This document shows positions 51,565 through 61,861 of a stretch of DNA of 64,000 bases, piece after piece (the stretch's first letter is position 1; each line of letters begins with the position of its first letter). The stretch lies in the NCBI GenBank assembly GCA_051313645.2, contig JBNRSN020000008.1, positions 50,468,001-50,532,000 of the forward strand. Reading direction: 5' to 3'. Origin of the DNA: Centroscyllium fabricii. Lineage: Eukaryota. The translations under genes and the position numbers were made by a program. Below the pieces are notes generated by a model, which did not search any database, had not been told where the DNA came from, and saw only the letters and a list, made by a program, of their open reading frames with translations.

Positions 51565-54500
51565 TCATATGTCCAGCTCCGTGTCGTGCAGCCACACCCT
51601 CGTCTCAGGTCCCACTCGGAAGAGGCCCTCCTCCGAAGGTGGTCTATGCAGGGGACAGGCGGTGGTAATGTGGTCGGCAGTCTGCTCCAGCTCCCCGCAC
51701 TCACACGCCGCGCTGTCTGTCAGGCCCCACCTCTTCATGGAGGCCTTGAAGCAGCCGACCCCGGTGCGTAGGCGGTTCAGGAGGGTCCATTGCCGGCGGG
51801 GTAGGTCCTCTCCCTCAACGCCATCTCCAGGATCCCGGATGTATTGGTGCAGGCGTGTATGTCCTGCCGACTCCCACTCTTGCTTCCAGGCTACCGCCAG
51901 CCAGGCTTTCATTGTCCAGTCCTCCGGAGTAGAAACAAGCATCTCCCGTGCCGCCTTGCTGTATGGGTGGCGGGACTTGAGCCTGCATGGAGGTGCTGCC
52001 TTGGTTGTGGTATCATGGAGGAGGTGCCAGTCGTGTTCCTGTGCTTTCCTTGCCAGGGCGAGGGTAGCAGCCTCTCGCCGTAGGCCGGCTGGTGCAATTC
52101 CTGCTAGGACTGGCAGGTAGAACACGGGAGTGGGTTTCAGGCAGCCAGTTATGATCCGGAGAGCATTGTTAATGGCCACATCTACCTTCTTGGCATGCGG
52201 GCTTCTGCTCCAGGTTGGGGCACAGTACTCTGCTGCAGAGAAGACAAGGGCTTGAGTGGAGATACGTAGTACCTTGGCGGAGGCACCCCAGGTCGTACCA
52301 GCAAGGCGACGGATAAGTGAGACCCTTGATGTTACTTTGGCCCTTACTTCCTCGAGGTGTTGTTTGTAGGACAGCGTCCTGTCCAGGCGTACGCCAAGGT
52401 ACTTTGGCGCCTGCTGGAACTCCAGGTGTTTGTTGTCCACAGAGACCTTCAACTCCCTTTTTGCTTCCCTGTTGCAGAGATGGAATGCTGCCGACACTGT
52501 CTTCCCGGTACTGAGCTGCAGGCGCCACCTGCGAAGGTAGGCAGTCAGGATGCCCATATCCTGGTTAAGGCCCTCTTCCACCGCCTTCCACGTTGGTTGT
52601 TGCAGCATAATGGCTAGGTCGTCCGCGTACCCGTACCTTCTGGATGTTGTCACCGGTATGTCAAAGATGTATATATTGAATAGCATCGGTGGGAGGACAG
52701 ACCCTTGCGGGACCCCGTTTCTCAGCCTGCTGAGCCTGCTACGCTGGCCATTGCTGGTCTGAAGGATGAAGCTACGGTTTGACAGCATCTCCATGATGAA
52801 GTTGACCATATGCCGGTCTGGGATGGTTCTCAGCAGCTTCAAGTGGAGTCCGCGGTGCCAGACAGTGTCATAGGCGGCGGTCAGGTCCAGTAGAACAACC
52901 CCAGCTTTTTCTTTGGCCTGGAAACTGTCCTCGAGATCTTGTGTGAGTAGGGTTACCTGGTCCACTGTTGACCTGCCCCGACGGAAACCAGCCTGTTCCC
53001 TCGGTAGCTGTGGGTCGACTACTGGCTCAATGCGGCTGTGAATCATCCTTTCCAGAATCTTAAAGGGGACACAGAGCAGCGAGATTGGTCTATAGGCCTT
53101 GGGGTCATCCGCAGGTTTGTTGGGTTTCAACAGGGCTATGATAGCAGCCCGTCGCCAGGTCCTTGGGAGCTTGGACCTCCGGAGGCACGCAGAGAAGAAC
53201 GCGCACAGCCAGGCAGATATTGTTTCGCTCTGGTGGATCACAAACTCTGGGTGGATGTTGTCGTGGCCTGGTGCCTTGCCTTGCTTGAGTTTGGATAAGG
53301 CATCCCTAAGCTCAGCTGATGTAAAGTCTCCTGACAGGTTGGCATTGGCACTGGCTGCTCTGGAGAGAGCGGATACCTCGCGTGCTATCAAGCGGGCAAA
53401 GTCCTTATCTGCCTCTGGGAAGTGGCCATTTTTCAGGAGCTGGGCTGCGATGGCATTTGCTGTCACCGGGCACTTGGGAGGCTTCGTGTTTCTGCCTGAG
53501 AGCCGGTTGATGGTCTGCCACGCCTTGCGGCTGGAGTGGGTGAAGTCAATCGACTCGACGACCTCCGTCCATCTGGCCCTGCGGGTGGCATCCAGCCTCT
53601 CAACTAGTGTCGTTGCCGTTGCATCCACTTCCACTCTTGAAATAGCCTGTTGGTGGGCCCACAACAGGTGGTTACACTCTTCATCCCAACCTGGGATGTA
53701 GTTCGCGTTGTAGCCTCGTGGGATTGATTTTTTCGCTGCCCCTATCAGCACTTCACAGTAGGCTGCATATGCGGCATCTACATCAGGGCTGTCTGGGTCC
53801 GGAATACTGGCAGATGCTCTCTCTGTCTCGGCAGAAAATACATGCCAGTTGGCCTTCCGGAAGTTCCATCTTCTGACAGGTTTCCCCGCGACCAGCTGCA
53901 CCAGTGATGGGATTCCGATGACGGACGGTCGATGGTGTGATCGGGGGAACCTGTCAATGACCCTTCTCTCTGGCAGCGGGTCATTACTGTGGAACACAGC
54001 AAAGGCAAGGTCTGGGTTGGTGAAGGTGTTCCATCTGGAGGAGTAGAAGCTTGGTGGCTCTTTGGGGTCAAACAGGAGCTGGGCATTGGCGTTGGAGGCC
54101 CAATCACTCAGCGTCTCACCGTCCGGTGTTGTGTGGGTGTATCCCCAGTCGGTGTGCTGGCAGTTGAAATCCCCAGCGTAGATGGCGGGTGCCGGGGCAA
54201 TCGGGAGGGCTGATGTGGACAGTACCGATGGTGGGGGCTTGTACACGTTCACAACCGTTGTTGTCTGTATTCTTGTGGACAGCCACTCAACACCAGAGCC
54301 CGGTGGAGATTGACCAGTGGCTGACCAACTGAGGTCAGACCTAACAAAGGTTGCCATCCCATGCTGCCTACTGAGGATGGACACGGCGAGGTGGAACCCG
54401 GGCAATCCGAGGATGTCTCCTTTTCCACAGTGTGTCTCCTGAAGGAGGACGGCTGCAACTTCGTGGGAGTCGGCGAGGTGGCGTACAATGTCCAGTTTGG

Positions 54501-54678
54501 CGGTGGTGAGGCCCTCGACATTTAGCTGAAGCACTGACAGACCCTGACACTCGATGATCGGGATGGCCGCCCGCCCCGACGTGAGCTTGCGTCCCCCCGA
54601 CCTCCTGCGCCCTGGTCTGACAGCGTGAGCGTGACGATTTGTTGGCGACATTCGTTTCATGAGCTGGTCTTGCACCAT
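51565..54678 (-). CDS. Intact APE endonuclease + RT + C-terminal CCHC protein, 1037 aa
   Basis: QLNVEG, LLQETH, GDFN, PDLAF, SHHRP, YRPISLL, QAGFR, AAYDTV, GVPQGS, YADD, YLGV, C.C..H....C. Confidence 0.93.
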   Translation of the reverse strand: MVQDQLMKRMSPTNRHAHAVRPGRRRSGGRKLTSGRAAIPIIECQGLSVLQLNVEGLTTAKLDIVRHLADSHEVAAVLLQETHCGKGDILGLPGFHLAVSILSRQHGMATFVRSDLSWSATGQSPPGSGVEWLSTRIQTTTVVNVYKPPPSVLSTSALPIAPAPAIYAGDFNCQHTDWGYTHTTPDGETLSDWASNANAQLLFDPKEPPSFYSSRWNTFTNPDLAFAVFHSNDPLPERRVIDRFPRSHHRPSVIGIPSLVQLVAGKPVRRWNFRKANWHVFSAETERASASIPDPDSPDVDAAYAAYCEVLIGAAKKSIPRGYNANYIPGWDEECNHLLWAHQQAISRVEVDATATTLVERLDATRRARWTEVVESIDFTHSSRKAWQTINRLSGRNTKPPKCPVTANAIAAQLLKNGHFPEADKDFARLIAREVSALSRAASANANLSGDFTSAELRDALSKLKQGKAPGHDNIHPEFVIHQSETISAWLCAFFSACLRRSKLPRTWRRAAIIALLKPNKPADDPKAYRPISLLCVPFKILERMIHSRIEPVVDPQLPREQAGFRRGRSTVDQVTLLTQDLEDSFQAKEKAGVVLLDLTAAYDTVWHRGLHLKLLRTIPDRHMVNFIMEMLSNRSFILQTSNGQRSRLSRLRNGVPQGSVLPPMLFNIYIFDIPVTTSRRYGYADDLAIMLQQPTWKAVEEGLNQDMGILTAYLRRWRLQLSTGKTVSAAFHLCNREAKRELKVSVDNKHLEFQQAPKYLGVRLDRTLSYKQHLEEVRAKVTSRVSLIRRLAGTTWGASAKVLRISTQALVFSAAEYCAPTWSRSPHAKKVDVAINNALRIITGCLKPTPVFYLPVLAGIAPAGLRREAATLALARKAQEHDWHLLHDTTTKAAPPCRLKSRHPYSKAAREMLVSTPEDWTMKAWLAVAWKQEWESAGHTRLHQYIRDPGDGVEGEDLPRRQWTLLNRLRTGVGCFKASMKRWGLTDSAACECGELEQTADHITTACPLHRPPSEEGLFRVGPETRVWLHDTELDI

Positions 54679-54725
54679 TTCTCATTACTTGCGGAGGGGG
54701 CCACGTGGAGGCTGTCGTCTTCCCC
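54644..54725 (-). ncRNA. HDV-like ribozyme fold at LINE 5' end
   Basis: P1 GGGG/CCCC, P2 CGACA/UGUCG, P3 GCC/GGC, L3 UCCACGU, P4 AUGAG..CUCAU, J4/2 CGAA. Confidence 0.72.
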
Positions 54726-54755
54726 GCGCGCGATCTCCAGCTTGGCTGGGTCCAG

Positions 54756-57050
54756 GAGGAAGCGAAAGTGGCGCACCGCGAGGTAGAGAGCGAGTAGCTC
54801 CCTATCGAAGGCGCTGTACTTGACCTCTGGGGGCCGGAGTTGTCGGCTGAAGAAGACCAGTGGCTGCCAGGAGTCGCCCGTCCACTGCTCAAAGACTGCT
54901 CCGACAGCGCGGTCGGAGGCGTCGGTGGTGAGGGCTACTCTGGCGTTGGGCCTAGGGTGGCTGAGAAGTGTGGTGTTGGCCAGGGCTGTTTTGGTTGCGG
55001 TGAAGGCAGTGGCGGCTTCGGCCGTCCACTCGACTGGAGCCTTGTTAGACTGCCCGCGGGTGGCCTGATAGAGGGGGGCCATGAGAGCGGCTGCTCCGGG
55101 GATGAATCGATTGTAAAAATTGACCATCCCGAGGAATTCCTGCAGCCCCTTGATGGAGTGCGGGCGGGGGAATTCCTGGACCGCCTGCACCTTGGAGGGC
55201 AGGGGTATGGCCCCGGTCTGGGAGATGCGGTGGCCGAGGAAGTCGATAGCCTCGAGGCCAAATCGACACTTGGAGGGGCTTAGGATAAGGCCGTGTTCGG
55301 CCAGGCGGTTGAAAAGGGTCCTGAGGTGGGTGAGGTGTTCCTGGGGGGAGGTGCTGGCCACCAGGATGTCGTCCAGATAGACGAATGTGAACTGCAGGTC
55401 CCGGAGGACTGAGTCCATGAGGCGCTGGAAGGCCTGGGCCGCATTTTTAAGTCCGAAGGGCATTCGGAGGAATTCGAACAGGCCGAATAGGGTGATGACG
55501 GCTGTCTTAGGGACGTCCGCCGGGTGCACTGGAACTTGGTGGTAGCCCCGTACCAGGTCGATCTTCGAAAAGATCGTGCAGCCGGCTAGCCTTGCTGAAA
55601 AATCTTGGATGTGGGGGACGGGGTACCTGTCTGGGGTGGTGGCGTTGTTGAGGCGGCGGTAGTCTCCGCAGGGGCGCCAGCCACCGTCGGGTTTGGGGGC
55701 GATGTGGAGGGGGGAGGCCCAGGGGCTGCTGGAGCGGCGGATTATGCCGAGCTGTTCCATGATGTGGAACTCGGCGCGCGCGATCTCCAGCTTGGCTGGG
55801 TCCAGCCTGCGTGCGTGGGCATGGACCGGGTGGCCTGTGGTGGTGATGTGGTGCTCAACGCCGTGTTTGGCAGAGCGGGCTGTGAAGGTGGGGTTGGTTA
55901 GTGCCGGGAACTCAGCGAGCAGCGTGGCGTACGTGTCGGAGTTCCGGGCTCGGCAGTGGACTGCTGCGTGGGTCTGGTGTGCTGGGCCTGCGGAGCAAGG
56001 GATGGTCGACATGAGGTGGATGTCGACCAGGCGGCGTCGGGTAACGTCGACTAGGAGCCCGTGGGCGCACAAAAAGTCAGCCCCGAGTAGGGGTATGCTA
56101 ACCCGCGCGGTAATGAAGTCCCACGTGTACCTGTGGCCTGCTAGTTTGATGGTAAGCTGGCGGGTACCGAACGTGAGTATCTCGGAGCCGTTTGCGGCTT
56201 CGAGTGGTGGGCCTTTGGTGCCCTGCTTTGATTCTGCGGGGGAGGCTGGCACGATGCTGTGCTGCGCGCCTGTGTCGCAGAGGAAGCGGAGGCCTGAGAC
56301 ACTGTCTGTGACGAAGAGCAGCGCTCCGGAGCGGCCAACGCACATGGTGGGGCCTGGGCTGGGTTGGGGTTTGAAGGTGCAGGGCTGGACGCAGCGCTGC
56401 GCTTTGGCCTCAAACCTGGTGTGGTAGTAGCACCAGCCAGGTCCCGTGGCGCGCGGCTTCTTGTGGGTCCGCGCAGCTCTGAGTTGGGGCCGGGGTTGCA
56501 CGTAGTGCTGCTGTTGGTGAGCGGCAGCGTTACGGTGCATGGTGGCGCGGGTGCGCTCGGCCTTAATAAGCTTGTCTGCCTCCTGAGCTAGCTGCCTGTT
56601 TGAGAGGTGCTCCAAGACCGTCAGTGTCGGTCTGATGGCGGGGGGCAGCTTAAGGAGGTAGAGGGCGCGCTTAAGGGTGGCCGGGTCGCGATTGAGCGCC
56701 TCGAACTGGGCCCACAGGTCGGTGGGGTCTAAGTCTCCCAGGTCGGGGAGGTTAATGACCTGGCAATCGCGCTCGAAAATGGTTGGGGTAAATTTTTCAA
56801 GCAGCGCGGCCTTTAGCGATTCATACCTGCCAGCAGTAGTGTCTTGCTCGATGGTGTCCCACATTCTGTCGATGGTGGACTGTGCAAGGGCTGCGAAGAG
56901 CAGGCTGTAGCGGTCGTCTCCCTGCATGCCATGGATGTGGAAGGTGTTCTCCGTGTTGAGAAACCAAGCCACTGGACGGAGCTCCCAGAACTGTGGTAGG
57001 GTGGGATCTGGTGGTAGAGTTGGCCCCGTCTGCCTCGGCGTGCTGGGTCA
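54756..57050 (-). pseudogene. Gypsy gag-protease-RT-RNase H (interrupted by the LINE)
   Basis: LPQFW..P.AWF, CYYH..F...A..C...C, FLCDTGA, WRPCGDYRRLN, YLDD, TDASD, YSAFDRELLA. Confidence 0.94.
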
Positions 57051-58017
57051 TTCACTGCTGGCATGGTGATAGCGATTCCACTGAGGCAGCTTGGCCCTCA
57101 GTCCTGCAGCGACTGCTTCATTGTTCCCTTGGGAATCGTCCCAAGTATCGAGGTCACCACTGTGGAGGCATACAGGGCTGAAGGACCATGCTGGACACAG
57201 GATTCGGAAGATTACTTTTAATACTAGTACAGTTACAGCTAGGGCCAGGTGGAAGAAGAGAGAGAGCCACCTGGCGCTCGGGTATTTAAAGGTCCCGCGG
57301 CTGCTGACGTCACTGCCGGTTGGCCGCCTGGTGACGTCATCACGTCAGGGGGCCGGCGACGTCCGCGCGGGGCCGTCTTGCGCCACCTGGTGACGTCATC
57401 ACGTCGGGGGTGCCGGCGACGTCCGTGCGTCCCCCGACGGGCGGGGCCGTCCCGCAGCTTTCCCGGAGCGGGTTCGTCGTTGCCGGTGGGTGTGTCGCCA
57501 CAATGTGCCTGTTAAATATTTTAGTATTTTGTTTTATGTTCCTTGATAATTTAATTTCATAGTTCCTCTTTGCCTTCCTAATTGTTTTTCTGACTCCTTT
57601 CCTAATCTCTTCATATTCTCCTTTTTCATGCTCTCCTCTGCTGTCCATGTACTTAATGTATGCCTCTTTCCTTGCCCTCAATTCTTCCCTTATGGCTTTA
57701 TTCATCCATGGTGTCTCATGAGTGCTTAACTTGTTCTTTCCTTTTAGCAGAATATATTTTTCCTACACTCTGTTGAACACCATTTTAAATGATTCCCATT
57801 GCTGTTCTACATTGTTGTTTGCCAATATTGTTGTCCATTTTATTTTCTCAAGCTGTATTCTCAGCCCCTCACAATCAACCTTTCTTCAGTCTATCACCCT
57901 GGTCTTCAACATATTTATGTCCTTCTCAAATATTATTTTAAAGTGTATTATATTATGGTCACTATTGCCTAGATGTTCCCCTACTTTTACTTTCCTTATC
58001 TGGTCTGGTTCATTCCC

Positions 58018-58342
58018 CTTTGACACTGAAAGCACGGACCAATAGATTAAAGAACAGTTTTTATGCCAGAGCTATAACCGCACTAAACACAGAAAAAAGC
58101 TTGAACATCTTGTAAATATTCTGATCTGGATCGTGCAATACCTGCAGAATGTGAATGTGTGTGTGTAATGTGTTTTCTGTCTCCTCTTTGAAGCTATTAA
58201 TTATTTATTTCATAGTTTTTAATTATTTGTTTTTTTAGATAGTTTTATGTTTCTCTTTCTTGCACTTTTAAGTATTGCATTTCAATTTTGTTGTACTTGT
58301 ACAATGACAATAAAGGCATTATTATTATTATTATTATTATTA
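58018..58342 (+). mobile_element. Second Rex1/Babar family, 3' fragment with (ATT)n tail
   Basis: LKARTNRLKNSFYARAITALN; AATGACAATAAAG followed by (ATT)n. Confidence 0.78.
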
Positions 58343-58562
58343 CTAGATCCAATAGTGAATCCTTCCTTGTTGGGCTTTTTACAGATTGGGTTAGAAAGGA
58401 GTCCTGTACATATTGTAGAATCTTCATTTCCCTTATCCCCTTTACCTGCCTCTTCTGTCAAATTTATATTGGGGTAGTTGAAATCCCCATAATTATTATT
58501 CTGTTTTTTTACTCATTTCCCTAATTTGTTTACATATTTCCTCCTCCGCCTCCCTTCCACTA

Positions 58563-59319
58563 CAGGTTGAAGTTCATTAATCCGGCAGGGTCGGGACCAG
58601 GCCCGTGCCGGAATACTGAAAAGCACAAACGAATGAAGCTGTCCCGAGCGCATGCGCGGACCATTCAAAATGGCCACACGCATGCGCAGAACATTCAAAA
58701 TGGCTGCAGCACGCGCAGACCAGTGCAGGTGGCCGCAGCGCGTGGGTGGAGGCAGAGCACAGAGCACGGGCCGATTTCCGGGTGGAGCAGTACAACTCCC
58801 CGCGGCTCCCGAGTGGAACAGAGCAGAGTACAGGGGGGATTTCAAAGCTTTCTGGGTGGAGCAGTCCAACTGCCCGCAGCGCGCGGGTGCAACAGATCAC
58901 AGAGCACAGGGGCGATTTCCAGCTGGAGCAGTCCAACTGCCCGCAGCGTGCGAAAATAGCACTACAGCACATTCCAACCGTCAGAACACACCCCAGAAGT
59001 TCGGGTGCGGCTGAAGCCATGCCTCCGGGACACGCCCCGGAAGTTCGGGTGTGGCTGAAGCCACGCCATCGGGACCAGTGCGCATTCGGGAAAAGTCCCG
59101 GGAGGGAGCCCGGTCCAACACTTCACGGGGCCCGAGCTTCATGTCAGGTACGGGGTTTTTTGTAAAGCATCGAAGAGCGCCGCTGCGCATGCGCAGGCCA
59201 GTCGGGGATTGCGGACGGTGAGGAGCACCACTGCGCATACGCTGACCACTCGGGGAAATCTGTGCCGGACGTCTGAAGCTACCAGTTTTTCGGGTGCCGG
59301 ATTAAAGAACTTCAACCTG
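58563..59319. mobile_element. Tc1/mariner (pogo/Tigger-like) MITE
   Basis: TIR CAGGTTGAAGTTC..TAATCCGGCA; TA TSD; related to 35887-36569; internal imperfect repeats. Confidence 0.88.
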
Positions 59320-59368
59320 TATTAGGTGGCCTGTAGACTACCCCTATTAGTGTGATTGATCCTTTATT

Positions 59369-60217
59369 GGGCCAGAAATTCGGGTTTGCCAGTTGGAGGG
59401 CAACTAGGACCCTGCGGAGCACTAACGAAGCCCAGCAAGATCGGAGTTTTTTTTTTCTCAAAACTTGCGATTGGCTCCGCCCCCTTCGTTCGCAACGTGG
59501 CAGTCTAGCCACGTTACGTGCGAAGTGTAAGCCCCGTCCACAGATCCCAAATTTAAATAGAAAACGCCCACCAGATCCCTAATTTAAATGCCGAGATCCC
59601 GAGTCGGACCTTAGTGAGAGCAGGTAAGTGCGGAGCTGCATAACAAAATCGCGGGGAGCAGCACGGGGGCACAGCAGCAGCTCAGAGGAAGAAATGGCAG
59701 GTAAGTTCAGCCATTTTTTCTCCGTAGATTTAAAAAAAAAAAAAACATTAGCTAGAGAGTTAAAAATTTCACAAATGTAACTTTAAAAATTAGCGATTTC
59801 AACCAGGTAAATTAACTTAAAATTGGATTTGTTAAATTTAAAAAAAAACTTTATCTTAAAAATTTAACGTTACCGATCTGGCCACACTACTCCCAAAAAC
59901 TGTAAAAAATTAAAATTAAAGTAAAAAAATTACCTTACCTTGCTTAAGAACGTTTCTCTCTACCTCACCACCGAGTTACTCAAGCTTTTTTCAAGTGCAT
60001 CTGTGGGCTCCGTTGCCCACAGAATCACTGAAAAAAATGACCCTTTTTGACCTTTTTTGAATCCGAAGTTTTGGGTGCAACTCATTCCTGGGCATCATGC
60101 TGAGGGCCCTTTTCCCTCAGCATCGGAAGTTTTGGTTCCGTGGGCATCTCGGATCCGTGGGCATTTTTCGTGGGCATCGCCGTGGGCATCTGCTTTAGGT
60201 ACCCGAATTTCTGGCCC
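59369..60217. mobile_element. PIF/Harbinger-like MITE
   Basis: 17-bp TIR GGGCCAGAAATTCGGGT; TSD ATT. Confidence 0.87.
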
Positions 60218-61019
60218 ATTATCTTTTATCTCTATCCACATGGATTCTATTTCTGTTTGGCTGATAACTGCATCACTTCAGCATCTCCCTGCCTCAGATT
60301 GGGAAACGCAGCACAGTCCATGTACTAAATTGGATAATTTTAGTGGGAAAAGATAAACAGTGGGTCTTAAACAGTGTTGCTGAGTCTACCTTTTGAAAGC
60401 AAGTTCCAGCAGATTATGCGGGAGAAATTCAGCTTTGTTTATGTGATTCTTGGATGAAAATGTAAGGTTGTAAAGACAGATTTTGGATCACGATCTTTCA
60501 CGTCTGAACTCCCCTGCAAGTATGCCAGTTGCCAGATTGGAAGCAGGTGACTTCTAAGTGTCCAAGATGCCCACATGAAACAGGTATCAGGCTACTTGAA
60601 CATGTAAATGATGGTTCTAACACTGGTTTTAGGGCCCCAATGCAAAATTGATGAGCAAATGGGCGGACCATTCTCCTGGCTTCACAAAAATACCGCGGAC
60701 CGCTGCTAGTACAGACTTGCTCCCCTCTGCTTTGCCTTCCCTCTACCGCCAGGACCAACCGATGGGCTGGCTCGGCGTCGAAGCTGGCCAAATTTCCAAC
60801 GTTCTTGCGGCTGTGGAATTCCGTTCCAGCAACTATGTCAGCATTCAAGATTAGTTTGGATAGGTGGAAAAGGCAAGGGAGTTGAAGATATATGGGAACA
60901 GGGTGGGTAATTATGATTAGAATTATTTGCTTGCGTGGAGCATAAATGCCAACATGAACTGGTTGGGTTGAATGGTCTGTCTCCATGTTATAACTTCTAT
61001 ATATTTCTAATCATCAAAA

Positions 61020-61180
61020 ACAACTTGCATTTATATAGCATTTTTAACAAAGTAAAATGTCCCAAGGCACTTCACAGGAATGTAGTCAGAAAAAATTGAC
61101 ACCGTGCCAAAGAAAGAGACATTAGGACAGGCTACCAAAAACCTGGTCAAAGAGGTAGGTGTTAATGAGGGTCTTAAAGG
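61020..61180 (-). mobile_element. L2 3' tail remnant
   Basis: Colinear with 27190-27350. Confidence 0.7.
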
Positions 61181-61861
61181 ATTAATTATTAAAGATTTAT
61201 TAAAGGATTACTATTCATAATTCTTGTTATGAATTTGGCCCTGCATGATATGCTGCCTTGGGTTCAATGACATTAGTTGTTCCCTTTGGCAGTTTGAGCA
61301 TCTTACTTTTATGCAAGTTGACTCGCACTTCCCTATATCTACTTTAAACCAGGAATGTAATAATAGCTTTCCCTTGTGATCTGGATTAGATACTATTACG
61401 TAAGATGAAGCTCAATACAAATTAATAAGATGTTTTATTTTACAATAATGTGACCATTCAGGGCAACAGCTATGATCATATTCACTCAGGTCAAGGTTGA
61501 AATTTATTGTCACATTATGAGATCAAAATAATAAGGATACCATACTACCTCACTTCAGTAGGTCACCTTACTTAATTTAAACAGAATGGTCCAGATCATC
61601 ACGGGTGGTGGCGCAAAATGGATGGTATCGGATTGGCCGCCTGTTACACGCAAGGCCTGATATTCAGTTTTCAAGCGCTGTGTATAAAGGGCAGCTGATC
61701 CGATACTGCTCGTTTAGCACCAGTGCCCGAGACAAATTGACCAATAACTCCTTTGCATCCTGTCCTACAGTCTAAGACAGAACTTCCTTTCCTCACAGAC
61801 TATTTTCTTTTTATCCACCTCACAGTGCTTTGCTGACTAATTCTGTATGTTTGGCTATGCT

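Larger units (their letters stand above)
51539..54725 (-). mobile_element. Ingi-group (Vingi-like) non-LTR retrotransposon, about 3.2 kb
   Basis: Single ORF, no ORF1 and no RNase H; 26-nt 3' UTR ending (GAA)n; ribozyme-like 5' end. Confidence 0.75.
49273..57502 (-). mobile_element. Full-length Ty3/Gypsy LTR retrotransposon (Mag-like)
   Basis: 342-bp LTRs at 49273-49614 and 57161-57502; TSD ATGT; PBS TGGTGACCTCGA (tRNA-Trp-like); PPT GGGGGGGAGCTG. Confidence 0.97.
43530..60270 (-). mobile_element. Old CR1 LINE (APE to tail) fragmented by many nested insertions
   Basis: Segments rejoin colinearly: ESMWIEI..GSITLIGVVYRPPN (APE), PGNYRPVSL, YLDFQKAF, FVDDTKL, HLEYCVQFW. Confidence 0.82.

Noticed and set aside
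54657-56972. 771-aa ORF as a novel fusion protein
   Set aside because: It is Gypsy gag-pol reading about 30 codons into the LINE junction before stopping.
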